64,000 bases of DNA from Isosphaeraceae bacterium (GTDB lineage Bacteria; Planctomycetota; Planctomycetia; Isosphaerales; Isosphaeraceae), in NCBI GenBank assembly GCA_965201075.1, contig CBDAVP010000011.1, positions 124,001 through 188,000 of the forward strand. The letters run 5' to 3'. The position numbers were made by a program, and so were the translations under genes. Below, in pieces: positions 8,952 through 21,208 of this stretch. The first letter of the stretch is position 1. Each line of letters opens with the position of its first letter. The notes below the pieces were generated by a model, which was not told the origin of the DNA, made no database searches, and saw only the letters and a program-made list of their open reading frames with translations.

Positions 8952-10433
8952 TCAGGCGAGGATGGGCCGGATGACCTTGCCGGCCACGTCGGTCAACCGG
9001 AACCGACGGCCGTTGAACGTGTAGGTTAGCCGCTCGTGGTCGAGGCCCAGCAGGTGCAGGATGGTGGCGTGAAGGTCGTTGATGGGAACCCGGTCCACCG
9101 CGGCGGTGTAGCCCACCTCGTCGGTCTCGCCGTGACTGGCCCCGCCCTTGATTCCGCCGCCGGCCATCCAGAACGTGAAGCCGTGGGGGTTATGGTCGCG
9201 ACCGGGGTTAGCGCCGGTCTGGGCGATCGGCAGGCGACCGAACTCGCCGCCCCAGATGACCAGGGTCTCGTCCAGCAGTCCGGTTCTTGCCAGGTCGGCC
9301 AGTAGTCCGGCGACCGGCTTGTCGGTCTCTCCGGCGAACTGGGCGTGGTTCCCCTTGATGTCGATGTGGCCGTCCCAGGAAAGCTGGTTCTCCATCCCCC
9401 CCGAATAAATCTGGACGAACCGCACCCCTCGCTGAACCAGCCGCCGAGCGGTCAGGCACTGACGGGCCACATGCTCGCAGCGAGGATCATCCATCCCGTA
9501 GAGTTTCTGGACCTCGGCCGGCTCGGAGGCCAGGTCGATCGCCTCGGGGGCCGCCGACTGCATCCTGTAGGCCAGTTCAAAGCTCTCGATCCGGGCAGCA
9601 AGGTCGGCCTCGGCGTGGAAGGCGTCCTGGTGGGACCGATTCAACTTGCCGATCAGGTCAAGCTGCGACCGCTGCTGGACTTCGTTCATCCCCGACGGGC
9701 GGACGAGGTCGGCGATCGGCGGTCCGCTGGGGCGCAGGTGAGTCCCTTGAAAAACCCCCGGCAGATAGGCGGCTCCCCAGTTCGCCGCCTGCCCCTTGGG
9801 CAAGCCTCGACCCCTCGGGTCGCTCATCACGACGAAGCCAGGCAGGTCGCGGCTCTCGCTGCCCAGGCCATAGGTGACCCAGGAACCGACGCAGGGGAAG
9901 CCCATCCGGGGCAGGCCGGTGTTCATCATGAACAGCGCGGGGGAGTGGTTGTTGGACTCGCTGTAGGCCGAGTGGACGAACGCCATCTTGTCGACGTGCT
10001 CTCCCAGGTGGGGGAACAGTTCCGACACCATCTTGCCACAGGCGCCGCGAGGGGTGAACGCGAACGGCGACTTCATCAGACCACCGACCTGGTCCTTGAA
10101 GAACCCCGTGGTGGATTGGAACGAAGCGTCGAACTCCTTCATCGACTTGCCGTCCCACTTCGCCAGGCCGGGCTTGTAGTCCCAGGTGTCCACCTGGCTG
10201 GGACCGCCGTTGGCGAAAATCCAGATGACCCGCTTGGCCTTGCCCGGGAAGTGCGAGGGCCGAGGCGCCATCGGGTCAATGGACGACCCCGCCACCTCGG
10301 CCCCTCTCGACGGCGACCCGAGCAGCCCCTCGTCCTGGAGTAAGCCGGCCAGCCCGATCAGGCCGAAGCCGCCGCCAGCCCTTTGGAGAAAGTGGCGACG
10401 ATTGACCATCGCGTCGGGGCTCGGGTCGGTCAT
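8952..10433 (-). CDS. DUF1501 family protein (sulfatase-like fold, Tat-type leader)
   Basis: NRRHFL twin-arginine leader, GGPSQVDTWDYKP, WGGEFGRLP, GRDHNP and RLTDVAG motifs. Confidence 0.93.
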   Translation of the reverse strand: MTDPSPDAMVNRRHFLQRAGGGFGLIGLAGLLQDEGLLGSPSRGAEVAGSSIDPMAPRPSHFPGKAKRVIWIFANGGPSQVDTWDYKPGLAKWDGKSMKEFDASFQSTTGFFKDQVGGLMKSPFAFTPRGACGKMVSELFPHLGEHVDKMAFVHSAYSESNNHSPALFMMNTGLPRMGFPCVGSWVTYGLGSESRDLPGFVVMSDPRGRGLPKGQAANWGAAYLPGVFQGTHLRPSGPPIADLVRPSGMNEVQQRSQLDLIGKLNRSHQDAFHAEADLAARIESFELAYRMQSAAPEAIDLASEPAEVQKLYGMDDPRCEHVARQCLTARRLVQRGVRFVQIYSGGMENQLSWDGHIDIKGNHAQFAGETDKPVAGLLADLARTGLLDETLVIWGGEFGRLPIAQTGANPGRDHNPHGFTFWMAGGGIKGGASHGETDEVGYTAAVDRVPINDLHATILHLLGLDHERLTYTFNGRRFRLTDVAGKVIRPILA

Positions 10434-10460
10434 CGTCGGAATCTCTCGGCTCGGGGGGGT

Positions 10461-12701
10461 TCAGGGCAGGAACAGGAACTCACTCGACCCCAGCAACGCC
10501 TGGGAGAAGTCGGCCAGGGCCGCACGACGGGGGGCCGCGTTCCCGCCTTGCTGATACGACGCCTGTTGGCGTTGCAGGAACTCGGCCACCTCGGCCCGCT
10601 CGGCTTCCGAGGGAGCCCGCCCCAGCGCCAACTGGTAGGCCAACGCCGCGACCTGATCGTCGGGCGTCGATTCCAGACGACCGGCGAACGCCTCGGCGCA
10701 GCGACGAGCCTCGGGGCTGTTCAGGAACAGTAACGCCTGCGAGGCGGTCGTGGTCGAACCTCGGCGGCCAATGCTCACCAGATGCTCGGGCCAGTCGAAC
10801 AGCATCATCGAGGGGATCAGTTGACTCCGCTTGATGAAGAAATAGACCGAGCGACGAGGCATGCCCGGGTCAAGCGTCCCCGGCCCATACTGCCGACCGT
10901 CGAGCAGTCCCGAGACTTGGAACATCGCGTCGCGGATCGCCTCGGCCTCCAGCCGTCGAGGAGCGCGCCTCCAGAGAAAAGTCTCCTCGCGATCAACGGT
11001 GGCGCGGGCCTCGTCGAACTGATCCCCTTGCCGATACGCGGCGCTCAGGACCATCGCCCGATGCAGAGGCTTGAGCCGCCAGCCGCCCCGGATCAGTTCT
11101 CCAGCCAGCCAGTCGAGTAACTCGGGATGGGTCGGCCGGTCCCCCTGAGCCCCGAAGTCGTTGGGAGTCGCCACGATCCCCCGCCCGAAGTGGTGCTGCC
11201 AGAGGCGGTTGACGATGACCCTCGCCGCCAAAGCTCCCGCGCCTCGGTCGACGTCGGTGAGCCAGCCGGCCAGAGCCGCGCGTCGATAACTCGACCGTGA
11301 GTTCCCCGCGGTCGACTCGACTTTCCAGGCTCCGGCGTCGAGCGTCTCGGGCGTCAACACGCCGAGAAAGCCCAGGGTCGCCTCCTGCTTCTTTTGGTGA
11401 ACATCGCCACGAGACAGAACAAACGTCTGCGGATAGAAGTGAGGAAACCCTCGGTCGTCGGCATGATGCTTGGTGTGCGGGTACCCTTCGGCGGTGACCT
11501 GGACCCTGGCCGGGCCGCCTCCGGGGGAGTCGGGAAGGTCGACCTCGGCGCGGATGGTCGAGGTGAAGGCCGAGGCGAAGCGGTAATAATCCTCGGCCGG
11601 GATCGGGTCATACTTGTGGTCGTGACAGCGAGCGCAGCCGATCGACAGGCCAAGGAAGGCCGAGCCGGTCGTCGCCGTCATGTCATTGAGTTCCTCGTAA
11701 CGGGCCGACTCGAATTCCATCTCGGTCAACTGCGTCGGAAACGCCCCCGCCCCCAGGAACCCGGTCGCGGCCATCGCCATCGCATTGTTCGGGGCCAACT
11801 CATCGCCGGCAATCTGCCAGCGGACGAACTGGTCGTAGGGTAGATCCTGGTTCAGGGCCCGGATCAGGAAGTCTCGATAGTGGAAGGCGAACGGACGGTC
11901 GTAATCCTGCTCATATCCGTGGGACTCGGCGAATCGGGCCACGTCCATCCAGTGACGGGCCCAGCGTTCTCCGTATTGGGGAGAGGCCAGCAAGCGGTCG
12001 ACCAGCCGCTCATAGGCATCGGGGGCGGGGTCAACAACGAACGCCTCAACATCCGCCGGTTCCAGGGCCAGGCCGATCAGGTCGAACGTCAACCGGCGAA
12101 TCAACGCCCTGCGGTCGGCCGGCGGGTTCGGGACCAACCCGTGTTCCTGCAACTTGACCAGCAGAAATCGGTCGATCGGCGACTTTGACCACTCTCCTCC
12201 ATCCCCGGACGGCGGCGTCGGGTGGGTCAACCGTTGAAAGGCCCAGAAATTCCGATCCTCGGCGGTCGGTCCTGGGCGTTTGGTTGCCGCGACCGCCGCG
12301 CGATCCACCAAAGGTCGATCATAAGGAGCGCCCAGGTCGATCCATCGGGTGATGTCGGCGATGGTGGCATCGTCGAGCCGAGCCCCTTTCTGGGGCATCT
12401 TCGGCTCCTCCTCGTGAGCAATCAACGCCCGGAACCGGGACGCGGCGCCACCGCCTTCGAGGACGCCGCTCTTGAGCAGCGTGTCCCGGTCCGAGAGGTC
12501 GAGGTCTCCCTTCGTCGCCTTCCCGCCGTGGCAATCCAGGCACTGGGCGATCAGGACGGGGCGGATCCGTTCGCTGAAGAGGGCCAGACCTTCCCTCATC
12601 GCCTCGGGGTGGTCGGAAGGGACGGGCGGGGGCTCGGAGGCGGCCGCCACGGGTCCAAGGACGGCGAACAGTCCGATCGCGAGGCGGGCGGCGTGCGACA
12701 T
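10461..12701 (-). CDS. Planctomycete cytochrome c / DUF1549 / DUF1553 (PSD1) protein
   Basis: CLDCHG and CARCHDHKYDP heme-type motifs, YGERWARHWMD and PTHPELLDWLA. Start MSHAARL. Confidence 0.92.
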   Translation of the reverse strand: MSHAARLAIGLFAVLGPVAAASEPPPVPSDHPEAMREGLALFSERIRPVLIAQCLDCHGGKATKGDLDLSDRDTLLKSGVLEGGGAASRFRALIAHEEEPKMPQKGARLDDATIADITRWIDLGAPYDRPLVDRAAVAATKRPGPTAEDRNFWAFQRLTHPTPPSGDGGEWSKSPIDRFLLVKLQEHGLVPNPPADRRALIRRLTFDLIGLALEPADVEAFVVDPAPDAYERLVDRLLASPQYGERWARHWMDVARFAESHGYEQDYDRPFAFHYRDFLIRALNQDLPYDQFVRWQIAGDELAPNNAMAMAATGFLGAGAFPTQLTEMEFESARYEELNDMTATTGSAFLGLSIGCARCHDHKYDPIPAEDYYRFASAFTSTIRAEVDLPDSPGGGPARVQVTAEGYPHTKHHADDRGFPHFYPQTFVLSRGDVHQKKQEATLGFLGVLTPETLDAGAWKVESTAGNSRSSYRRAALAGWLTDVDRGAGALAARVIVNRLWQHHFGRGIVATPNDFGAQGDRPTHPELLDWLAGELIRGGWRLKPLHRAMVLSAAYRQGDQFDEARATVDREETFLWRRAPRRLEAEAIRDAMFQVSGLLDGRQYGPGTLDPGMPRRSVYFFIKRSQLIPSMMLFDWPEHLVSIGRRGSTTTASQALLFLNSPEARRCAEAFAGRLESTPDDQVAALAYQLALGRAPSEAERAEVAEFLQRQQASYQQGGNAAPRRAALADFSQALLGSSEFLFLP

Positions 12702-12726
12702 CTCCGCTCCGGGACGAGGGATCGGA

Positions 12727-14181
12727 TCAGGCGAGGATCGACCGGACGACCTTACCCGCAACGTCGGTGAGGCGGAAGTCTCGGCCCTGCGACTGAAACG
12801 TCAAGCGGGTGTGGTCGAGCCCCAGCAGGTGCAGAACCGTGGCCTGCATGTCGTGGACGTGGACCGGCTGGTCGACGACGTGGAATCCCAGGTCATCGGT
12901 CGACCCCAGGGTGATCCCCGGCTTGATGCCCCCTCCGGCGAACCACATCGTGAACGCCTGGGGGTGATGGTCGCGCCCCAGGCTCCGGCCCAACGCGGCA
13001 TTCGACTCGACCATCGGCGTTCGGCCGAACTCCCCGCCCCAGATCACCAGGGTCTCGTCCAGCAACCCTCGACGCTTGAGGTCGGCCACCAACGCCGCCG
13101 CCCCCCGGTCGGTCTGCCCGCAGAGGGATTTCAAACCCCCGGCGACGTCGGAGTGGTGGTCCCACCCTTCGTGGTACAGGTTGACGAACCGCACCCCGCG
13201 CTCGACCAGTCGACGGGCCAGCAGGCAGTTGTTCGCGAACGACGGCTTGCCCGGCTCGGCCCCGTAAAGTTCCAACGTCTCCTTGGACTCGCCCGAAAGG
13301 TCCATCAGTTCCGGAGCGCTGGTCTGCATCCGATAGGCCAGTTCATACGACGCGATCCGGGTGGCGATCTCGGGGTCGCCAGTCTCCTGCAAATGCCGCT
13401 CGTTGAGGCCGCGGATCAGGTCGAGCGAGTCTCTCTGAAGCGCGGCGTCGATTCCGTCGGGGCTGGAAACATCCAGGATCGGGTCCCCCTTCGACCGGAA
13501 GACAACCCCCTGATGGGCCGTGGGAAGGAACCCGCTCGACCAGTTGGCGGCGCCCCCGCTGATGCCCGTGCCCGACGACAGCACGACGAACCCCGGCAGG
13601 GACGCGGCCTCGCTGCCCAGTCCGTAAGTGACCCAAGATCCCATGCAAGGGCGGCCGGGCAGTGATGACCCAGTGTTGACGAAAATCTGCGCCGGGGCGT
13701 GATTGAACTGGTCGGTGTGCATCGACTTGACGATGGCAATGTCGTCGGCGACCTTCGCCAGATTCGGCAGCATCTCCGAAAGCTCGGCGCCGCTCTGGCC
13801 GTGGCGGGCGAACTGGAACCTGGAGGCCATCAGGCTCGCGTCGGGCTGGATAAAAGCGTAGCGCTGTCCCTTGACGACCTCGGCCGGCACCGGCTTGCCA
13901 TCGAACTGCTGGAGCGTCGGCTTGTGGTCGAACAGGTCCAGCTGGCTGGGCGCCCCAGCCATGAACAGGTAGATGACCCGCTTGGCCTTGGGGGCAAAAT
14001 GCGGAAGACGGACAGCCATCGGGTCAGCGTTCGCGGCGGCTCGGGTCGTCCCGAGCGACGTCTCGGCCAGCAACGACGCCAGCGCGATCTTCCCCACGCC
14101 GAGGCCGCAGTCCCGGAAGAAGTGACGACGGGTGACGGCCAGGCGGAGGGGCTCGCGGACGCGGGGATCGCCAAGGTTCAT
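12727..14181 (-). CDS. DUF1501 family protein (second paralog)
   Basis: TRRHFF leader, [28 protein letters not shown] and RLTDVAG motifs. Confidence 0.93.
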   Translation of the reverse strand: MNLGDPRVREPLRLAVTRRHFFRDCGLGVGKIALASLLAETSLGTTRAAANADPMAVRLPHFAPKAKRVIYLFMAGAPSQLDLFDHKPTLQQFDGKPVPAEVVKGQRYAFIQPDASLMASRFQFARHGQSGAELSEMLPNLAKVADDIAIVKSMHTDQFNHAPAQIFVNTGSSLPGRPCMGSWVTYGLGSEAASLPGFVVLSSGTGISGGAANWSSGFLPTAHQGVVFRSKGDPILDVSSPDGIDAALQRDSLDLIRGLNERHLQETGDPEIATRIASYELAYRMQTSAPELMDLSGESKETLELYGAEPGKPSFANNCLLARRLVERGVRFVNLYHEGWDHHSDVAGGLKSLCGQTDRGAAALVADLKRRGLLDETLVIWGGEFGRTPMVESNAALGRSLGRDHHPQAFTMWFAGGGIKPGITLGSTDDLGFHVVDQPVHVHDMQATVLHLLGLDHTRLTFQSQGRDFRLTDVAGKVVRSILA

Positions 14182-14249
14182 GATGTCCGCTCGGCCTCTC
14201 GGGTACGGGAAGAGTGGGGGACCGTGGCGAAGGAATCGCCGGGCCCGGA

Positions 14250-17200
14250 TTATTCCTTGGTGATCGTTTCGTCCAGGTTCAAAATCGCCCTCGCGACGAC
14301 GGTCCAGGCGGCCCTTCCGGCCAGGTCGTCCGGAGGCGTCGATTTGGGATCAACCCCCGCGACCTTGCCCGCGGCGGTGGAATCGGCCTGAAAGCGAGTC
14401 CGCTGTCGGTCGAAGAATCCACTCAACAAAATCAATTCCTCGGCACCCGGAGTTCTCGACAGGCAAAGTCGGTAAGCCAGGCGGACTTTCGCTTCAAAAT
14501 TGTCCCCAGGAACTTCATTCGCCACTCGTCGGGCCAGGGCCCTCGACGCTTCGAGGTAAACCGTGTCGTTCAGGAGGGTCAACGCCTGCAAGGGGGTGTT
14601 CGACCGCTCTCGGCGGGTGCACGTCGCTTCCGAGGTTGGAGCATCGAAGGTCATGAACGCGGCATAAGGAGCCGTCCGTTTCAGGAATGTGTACAGGCCG
14701 CGACGAAAACGCTCCGGTCCGTTGCTGGTGGGCCAGGCGTCCTGAGCATACGACAGCGCCATGACTCCGTCGGGCTGGGGCGGATAAACGCTCGGCCCGC
14801 CGACCTCGGCCGTCAGCAGGCCGCTGGCCGTCAGGGCGAGGTCCCTGACCATCTCGGCCTCGACCCGAAACCGCGGCCCCCTCGCCAATAAGTCATTACG
14901 AGGGTCGCGTTCCAGAAGTTCGGGCGTCGCCGCCGAGGTTTGCCGATAGGTCGCGCTGTTGACGATCAGGCGGTGCATCGCCTTGACGCTCCAGCCCCGT
15001 CGGGGCCACTCCGTCGCCAGCCAGTCGAGCAGTTGCGGGTGAGACGGCTCCTCGCCCCTCGTGCCAAAGTCATCCAGCGTGCCGACGATCCCCCGACCAA
15101 AGAACGCCTGCCACGCCTGGTTCATCAGGACCCGTCCCACCAAAGGGTTTTCCCCCGACACCAGCCAGCGGGCCAGGGCCAGGCGATCCACCTTGGTCCC
15201 GGGAGGCAGGGGGGGCAAGGCGGCGGGCAGGCCGGGCTCGACGGGAAGGGTTGGTTGGAGGAACTCGCCTCGCTTGTGAATTTGCGTGACTCGGGCGTGT
15301 TCCGGGGATCGCTCCTTCATCACCATCGACGTGGGAAACTTCGGCAGGCTTGCCCGAAGGTCGGCGATCCGCTGACGAGCCCCCGAGAGTTCCGACGCCA
15401 CGGCCAGGTAGAACTTCGTCACCAACGACGCGGCCTCGACCGGACGCTGGGTGACGGGCGTCAGCAAGCTGGCCTCCACTTCGGGAGGCAAGCCGGTCGC
15501 CCGAGCCGGCGCGGGGTCGTTGGTGGCCGAGATCCGGAAATGGCCCAGGGTCGTCTGGTGGATGCTGTCCTGGTGCAAGGTCAGGGTCAGCCGCGTCCCC
15601 TTGCCGTCGCCGACCGGCCCGCCGAGTCGAAAAATCGCTTCATGAGGCTTGCCAACGGCCCCGCCGACCGACCAGCCGGTGTCCACCTTGTCGTCGATCG
15701 CCATCGACGCGTCCCGACCCGCCGCAGCGAAGTCCGCCGAGGCCGCGACCAGCGGAACCGGAGTTCCCGGGCCGCTATCGCCGCCCGTCGAGGCCGAAAG
15801 GTCAACTCTCGTCAGCAGGAAGTCGCCCGTGAAGATCGGCGACCGCCCCGGGCCCCCTTCGGGCATTTCGGGGTCGGTCAGGGCATCCAGCCTCAGCGAG
15901 GTGATCCCCTTCAGGTCGGTCGGCAGTTCGAGAGTATAGGTGTCATTATTGGGCTTGTCCCCGGTCGCCCGGACCGACCCGTCGGGCTGGACCGTCATCG
16001 TCGCGTGCTTCTGGCTTTCCACCATGGAGGGCGTCAGCACCGTCCACTTCACCGGCGTCAAACTCGCTTCCCAGGCCGTTTGCTTCTCGGCGATGTGGAG
16101 CTGGCGAGCCTCTGGTGACAACTCGGCAAGGTTGGCCCGGGTCGAAAGGCGGAACCGGCCCAGCGTGTGAGCCGCCCCAAACGCCTGGTCAAGCGTGACC
16201 ACCAGCCTGGTCCCGCCCGGGAACCCCGCGTGCCCCTTGAGGTGAAACGTCACTGTCCGGTTCCGGTTGAGGTGCCCCGAGCCGTCGTCGACCGCCCAGC
16301 CGGTGGCGGGATCGCCGTCGATCGCTCCCCGGGCGTCAAACCCGCCCTGGTTGAAGTCGGCCGTGGCCAGATCGAATGCCAGTGGGACCGGCTCTCCCAC
16401 GCCTGACCTTGGCGACGCCTGGACCTTCAAACCGGTGAGGACGAAGTTGCCGTTCACCGCCCGTCCAGGTCCCCCGCCCGGGAGACTCGAGTCGGGCAAT
16501 GCCTCAAGCCGCAATTCCGCCAGATCGGTCAGCGCCGTCTCGGTCGTGACCTCATAGTGAGCGGTCGCCGGGGGCGAACCACTGGCCAGCAACGAGCCGT
16601 CGGCCTGGGGAGTCAGGGTCACGGCCGGATCAGCGGCGGTCGCGGCGGTGGGCTTGAGGACTTCCCAGGGGGATTCGACCGGGAACTGGTCGGCCAGGCT
16701 CGTCTCAAGCCGGTCGATCTCGGCGAGCGTGGCGGAGCGCTGGGCCTCGATGGTGGGGCGGGCGAGGTTCAGGTCGGGTTCGTCGGCGTTGTTGAGGAAG
16801 GCGAAGAACTGGTAATACTCTCGCTGGGTGATGGGATCGAACTTGTGGGTGTGACACTGGGCGCACTGGATGGTCAGGCCCAGCCAGGTCGATCCGGTGG
16901 TCGCCACGCGGTCGACGACCGAGGCGAAACGGAACTCCTCGACGTCGATGCCGCCTTCCTCGTTGATCTGTGTGTTGCGGTGGAACCCGGTGGCGACCTT
17001 CTGGGCCTCGGTGGCTTCGGGGAGCATGTCGCCAGCGATCTGGTCGATGGTGAACTGGTCGAACGGCTGGTCGGCGTTCAAAGCGCGGATGACCCAGTCC
17101 CGAAAGGGCCAGATCGACCGCGTTCGATCCTTCTCGTAGCCGTTGGAGTCAGCGTACCGAGCACGATCGAGCCAGCGGCGCGCCCAGCGCTCTCCGTAGT

Positions 17201-17867
17201 GAGGTGAGGCCAGCAGGCGGTCGACCAGCCGTTCATAGGCGTCCGGGGCGGTGTCGGCCTCGAAGGCGTCGACCTCGGCGGGGGTCGGCGGCAGGCCGAT
17301 CAGGTCGAGGCTCAGGCGGCGGATCAAGGTCGTCCGGCTCGCCTCGGGCGACGGCTTCAACCCCTCGCGTTCGAGGCGAGCGAGGATGAAGGTGTCGATC
17401 GGGTTGCGGACCCAGCCCGACTCGCGGACCTTTTCCGGAACAGGAGGAACCGGTTTTCGGAAGGCCCAGTGCTCCTCATACTTGGCGCCCTGCGCCACCC
17501 AGCGACGCAGGGTCGCCTTCTCGGCATCGTTGAGTGTCTTGTGGGTCGAGGGCGGCGGCATGATCGCGTCGGGGTCGTCGGTCTCCACCCGGTCGATGAC
17601 GTCGCTCTGGTCCGGCTTGCCCGGGGCGATGGGAACCGCCTCCGACGCCGTCGGCCGAACCGCGGCCTCGCGCAGATCCAGCCGCAACCCCGCCTTCCGG
17701 GAGGGCTCGTCCGGCCCGTGGCAGGCGAAGCACTTGCCCGACAGGATCGGCCGAACTTCGCGATTGAAGTCGACCGTCGCCTCCGCCCCCCTGACTTGAG
17801 GACAGTGGATAGCAAGGCCCATCCCGATGACAAACGACAGGAACGCCGAGTCAGTGCGACACATCAT
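14250..17867 (-). CDS. Large planctomycete cytochrome c / DUF1549 / DUF1553 protein with two inserted repeated beta-domains
   Basis: [27 protein letters not shown] and NLDETITKE motifs. Start MMCRTD chosen because a signal-like hydrophobic stretch follows. Confidence 0.92.
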   Translation of the reverse strand: MMCRTDSAFLSFVIGMGLAIHCPQVRGAEATVDFNREVRPILSGKCFACHGPDEPSRKAGLRLDLREAAVRPTASEAVPIAPGKPDQSDVIDRVETDDPDAIMPPPSTHKTLNDAEKATLRRWVAQGAKYEEHWAFRKPVPPVPEKVRESGWVRNPIDTFILARLEREGLKPSPEASRTTLIRRLSLDLIGLPPTPAEVDAFEADTAPDAYERLVDRLLASPHYGERWARRWLDRARYADSNGYEKDRTRSIWPFRDWVIRALNADQPFDQFTIDQIAGDMLPEATEAQKVATGFHRNTQINEEGGIDVEEFRFASVVDRVATTGSTWLGLTIQCAQCHTHKFDPITQREYYQFFAFLNNADEPDLNLARPTIEAQRSATLAEIDRLETSLADQFPVESPWEVLKPTAATAADPAVTLTPQADGSLLASGSPPATAHYEVTTETALTDLAELRLEALPDSSLPGGGPGRAVNGNFVLTGLKVQASPRSGVGEPVPLAFDLATADFNQGGFDARGAIDGDPATGWAVDDGSGHLNRNRTVTFHLKGHAGFPGGTRLVVTLDQAFGAAHTLGRFRLSTRANLAELSPEARQLHIAEKQTAWEASLTPVKWTVLTPSMVESQKHATMTVQPDGSVRATGDKPNNDTYTLELPTDLKGITSLRLDALTDPEMPEGGPGRSPIFTGDFLLTRVDLSASTGGDSGPGTPVPLVAASADFAAAGRDASMAIDDKVDTGWSVGGAVGKPHEAIFRLGGPVGDGKGTRLTLTLHQDSIHQTTLGHFRISATNDPAPARATGLPPEVEASLLTPVTQRPVEAASLVTKFYLAVASELSGARQRIADLRASLPKFPTSMVMKERSPEHARVTQIHKRGEFLQPTLPVEPGLPAALPPLPPGTKVDRLALARWLVSGENPLVGRVLMNQAWQAFFGRGIVGTLDDFGTRGEEPSHPQLLDWLATEWPRRGWSVKAMHRLIVNSATYRQTSAATPELLERDPRNDLLARGPRFRVEAEMVRDLALTASGLLTAEVGGPSVYPPQPDGVMALSYAQDAWPTSNGPERFRRGLYTFLKRTAPYAAFMTFDAPTSEATCTRRERSNTPLQALTLLNDTVYLEASRALARRVANEVPGDNFEAKVRLAYRLCLSRTPGAEELILLSGFFDRQRTRFQADSTAAGKVAGVDPKSTPPDDLAGRAAWTVVARAILNLDETITKE

Positions 17868-18132
17868 CAAGGACGGCTCCCGAAGGCGCGGGCAAGCGTC
17901 GTGGGGTACGACTGGGAGACTCGGGCGGGCTTTGCTAGGGCGGGGTCTCCTTGGCATTCTAGTCCGTTCGAAGCCGGCGAAACAAGGTCGGTCCTCGACT
18001 TCACGAGGCCGCTTCGTGCGGTCGGTCCTGCAAGCGAAACATGGGGAAGGCCGATTTGGCGTCCGAGAAATCCAGGTTTCTAGACATCGGAACGCTGAAG
18101 GTTTTGACTCCGAGCAACCCCACTCCTCGTCC

Positions 18133-19515
18133 TCAAGGATCCAGGTCGTATTCGCGGATCTTGTCGAAAAGTTGGCGGCGGCTGATCCCCAGTCGCTCGG
18201 CCGTCCGGGTGCGATTCCCCTCGCAGAACCGCAGGGCATGAGCGATCGCCTGACGCTCCACTTCGGCGAGGATCGCCCGCAAGGGGAGGGGGTTGTCGAG
18301 TTCGTTGTGAGTGGTCAGCGGGGTCGGGGTGGGTTGGTCGTGCTCGAGGTGTTCGGGCAGGATCGGTCGGCCGCGGGCGGCGATCGCGGCGCGAGCCAGG
18401 ACGTTTTCCATCTGGCGGACATTGCCCGGCCATTCTCGGGACTGAAGCGAGCGTAACGACTCCGGCGCCAACGAGAGTCCGACCCATCCGTGACGATGCT
18501 CCAGCCGGCGAAGGATGTGGTCGGCCAGGGGGGCGACGTCCTCGGGCCGCTCTCTCAGTGGTGGTAGGGCGATCCGCACCACGTTGAGGCGATAAAACAG
18601 ATCCTCGCGGAACCGCCCCTCGGACACCTCTCGGGGCAAGTCCCGGTGACTGGCCGAGACCACCCGCGCGTCGGCATGCAGGGTCGCCACCCCGCCGACT
18701 CTCTCGAACTCGCGCGACTGAAGCACTCGCAGCAACTTGGCCTGGGCCGAAAGCGGCAACTCGGCCACCTCGTCCAGGAAAAGGGTTCCGCCCGCCGCTC
18801 GCTCGAAACGCCCGGCGCGGAGACGGTCGGCCCCGGTGAACGCTCCTCGCTCGTGACCGAACAGTTCGCTCTCAATCAGGCCCTCGGGCAAAGCCCCGCA
18901 GTTGACCCGGATAAACGGCCCCTCGGCCCGTCGAGAGTGCCGGTGCAGGGCCGAGGCGACCAGTTCCTTGCCCGTGCCACTCTCCCCCAAGATCAACACC
19001 GGCTCGGCCGCCGTGGCCGCCCGGCCAATCGCCTTGAACACCTCGCGCATGGCCGGGCCCCGGCCGATTAATTCCGGTTCGGCGGTCTCGCCTCCAACCG
19101 CCTCCTCGCGATCGGCCCGCAATGCGTGGACCTCCGCCGCCAGGGATCGCTGGCGGAGGGCCCTCCGCAGGACCAGGACGACCTCGTCCAGATCGAACGG
19201 CTTGGTCAGGTAGTCATACGCCCCCCGCCGCATCGCCTCGATCGCCGCTCCCGAGCCTCCCAGCGCCGTGATGACGATCACCGGCAGTTCCGCCAGCAAC
19301 GGACCCAGGTCGGCCAGGACTTCAAGCCCATCTCGCCCGGGCATCTTGATGTCGAGCAGGACGGCGTCGGGGGCTTCGTCGCGAATGACCCGCAACGCCG
19401 AGGGCCCGTCGGAGGCCTCCAGCGTCCCGAACCCTTCGGCACCCAGCAGGGTAACCAAATTGCGGCGGATGGTCCGATCGTCCTCGGCCACCAGAATCTT
19501 CGTTGAGGTTTCCAT
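18133..19515 (-). CDS. Sigma54-dependent (NtrC/ZraR-like) response regulator
   Basis: Receiver domain (VAEDD, LLDIKMP), [14 protein letters not shown] and C-terminal Fis-type HTH. Its ATG overlaps the kinase stop. Confidence 0.95.
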   Translation of the reverse strand: METSTKILVAEDDRTIRRNLVTLLGAEGFGTLEASDGPSALRVIRDEAPDAVLLDIKMPGRDGLEVLADLGPLLAELPVIVITALGGSGAAIEAMRRGAYDYLTKPFDLDEVVLVLRRALRQRSLAAEVHALRADREEAVGGETAEPELIGRGPAMREVFKAIGRAATAAEPVLILGESGTGKELVASALHRHSRRAEGPFIRVNCGALPEGLIESELFGHERGAFTGADRLRAGRFERAAGGTLFLDEVAELPLSAQAKLLRVLQSREFERVGGVATLHADARVVSASHRDLPREVSEGRFREDLFYRLNVVRIALPPLRERPEDVAPLADHILRRLEHRHGWVGLSLAPESLRSLQSREWPGNVRQMENVLARAAIAARGRPILPEHLEHDQPTPTPLTTHNELDNPLPLRAILAEVERQAIAHALRFCEGNRTRTAERLGISRRQLFDKIREYDLDP

Positions 19516-20966
19516 CAAGAGAGGCTCTCCGGAACCAGAAGACCGGAAGCCCGTTGGCCGGAACTTTTCAGGACCGGCAGGGTGAGGGTAAAGACCGCGC
19601 CCGGGCCATCGGGGCGGTTGGCGCCTCGAAGCTCGCCGCGGTGGGCCAGCGCGATTTCCCGGGCGATGGCCAGGCCCAGCCCCGTGCCTTCGCCCTTCGT
19701 GGTGTAGAACGGCTCGAACAGGTGGCTGCCGGCCTCGTCCGACAGGCCCGCACCAGTGTCCAGCACCCGCCCCACGACGACGCCTGACCAACGTTCGGCC
19801 CTGGCTTCCAGGCGCAGGGTGCCCCCTTGAGGCATCGCCTGGAGAGCGTTGGTCGCGAGGTTGCGAAAGACCTGGATCAACGCCGGCGCCGACATCTCGA
19901 CCTGGGGCAAGCCTGGCTCGATTGTCAGCTTGAGCCCCACGCCCTGAGCCTCGGCGGTCGTCGCGACCAGGCGGGCCACCTCGTCCAGGACCGCGCCCAG
20001 GTCTCCCGGGGCCAGGTCCTGGGCGTCGGCCCTCGAAAATTGGAGCAGTCGCGAGACAATCCGTTCCAGACGGTCGACCTCCTCGACCATTCCGTTGAGC
20101 GCCGCCACGTCGTCGCGAACCATTCCCCGTTGCCAGAGCTGCGCCGTGGAGCGGATTCCGGCCAGGGGGTTGCGAACCTCGTGGGCGACCCCCGCCAGCA
20201 GGCGCCCCAGGGCGGCGAGCCGTTCGCCGCGGCGCAACTCGGTCTGGAGCCGAGCTCGCTCGATGGCTTGTTGCCTCACCGTCCGGGCCAGATGGGCCGC
20301 GAGTGCCAACGCCAGCGCGACGCCCGCAAGAGCCAGGCCGGTCGCCAGCCAATAGCCCCGATCCGAACGGGCCCGAAACCCAGGGTCGACCAGCCTCGTC
20401 ATCGCCCAGGACGCCCCGACGACCCGACCCTCGAACGACACCGGTGCCGTCTGGAGGGCGACGAGACTGGGCGGGACCTCGGCGATGACGAACAGTGGCC
20501 GCCCCTTGCGGATCGCGGCATCAAGCAAGGTTTCCACCAGGTCCGCCTCCCGGGGCGGGGGCCCGGAAGGATGGATTTGGCCAGGACCCGTTCTCGGCGG
20601 TCTCGGGGCGGTTGGGAAGGCGAAGCCCAGCAAGCGTCGAGCGTTCCGGTTGTAGAAGTACCCCCCCTCCACCCCCCGAGAGTTGGCCAGCGACCCGGCC
20701 GCGGCCTCGCTGAGGGACCGTTCCAGACCCGCCCAACGGTTGTCGGCCGCGGCCATCCACGGGGCGATCCCCGAGAGGATCGCGGCGCCGCGAATAGCCA
20801 GGTTCTCGCTGGCGACGGCGAGATCTCGACGGGCCGAAACCCGTCGCCGCTCCCGTTCCAGCACCGAAATGCCCGTGACCCAGAGCACGAACAAGGACGC
20901 TGCGAAAAGGAGGGCAGGCGCCGCGATCTGAGCGGTCAGGGGCAGGCGAACAAGTCGGCCGATCAT
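19515..20966 (-). CDS. Membrane sensor histidine kinase
   Basis: Two TM segments, H-box [10 protein letters not shown]-box [19 protein letters not shown] and GTGLGL. Confidence 0.93.
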   Translation of the reverse strand: MIGRLVRLPLTAQIAAPALLFAASLFVLWVTGISVLERERRRVSARRDLAVASENLAIRGAAILSGIAPWMAAADNRWAGLERSLSEAAAGSLANSRGVEGGYFYNRNARRLLGFAFPTAPRPPRTGPGQIHPSGPPPREADLVETLLDAAIRKGRPLFVIAEVPPSLVALQTAPVSFEGRVVGASWAMTRLVDPGFRARSDRGYWLATGLALAGVALALALAAHLARTVRQQAIERARLQTELRRGERLAALGRLLAGVAHEVRNPLAGIRSTAQLWQRGMVRDDVAALNGMVEEVDRLERIVSRLLQFSRADAQDLAPGDLGAVLDEVARLVATTAEAQGVGLKLTIEPGLPQVEMSAPALIQVFRNLATNALQAMPQGGTLRLEARAERWSGVVVGRVLDTGAGLSDEAGSHLFEPFYTTKGEGTGLGLAIAREIALAHRGELRGANRPDGPGAVFTLTLPVLKSSGQRASGLLVPESLS

Positions 20967-21036
20967 GCTCGTCCCAACGCAGCAATCCCCGGACCGCATC
21001 GCAACGTCCTCATCCCCTAAGTTCCATTCGCCGTTC

Positions 21037-21077
21037 TGGGCGAAAATCCCCCGGTCGAGGTGGGGGAATTTCGCCCA
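21037..21077. promoter_or_regulatory. Inverted repeat, candidate enhancer (UAS) for the sigma54 activator
   Basis: TGGGCGAAAATCCCCC-9 bp-GGGGGAATTTCGCCCA (15/16 complementary), 52 bp upstream of a -24/-12 box. Confidence 0.6.
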
Positions 21078-21128
21078 AGGAAGTCCAAAGTGTCGCGATT
21101 GCAGGGCGATTCGAGCGGATTTCGAGCC

Positions 21129-21144
21129 TGGCATTGGACCTGCT
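21129..21144 (+). promoter_or_regulatory. Sigma54 -24/-12 promoter
   Basis: TGGCATTGGACCTGCT, i.e. GG-N10-GC, upstream of the 21209 gene. Confidence 0.7.
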
Positions 21145-21208
21145 TTGGACGGCAAGGGTGGGCCAGTCGTCAGAGCCGATTTCGAAAGATGGACCCCAGG
21201 AGAATGAC

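Noticed and set aside
17868..18239. N-terminal extensions of ORF-track calls (this PSD1 gene, also the response regulator, malQ, permease, BNR protein and coaE)
   Set aside because: Most overlap neighbouring genes and all lack family motifs; internal starts with SD sequences or stop/start overlaps fit better.
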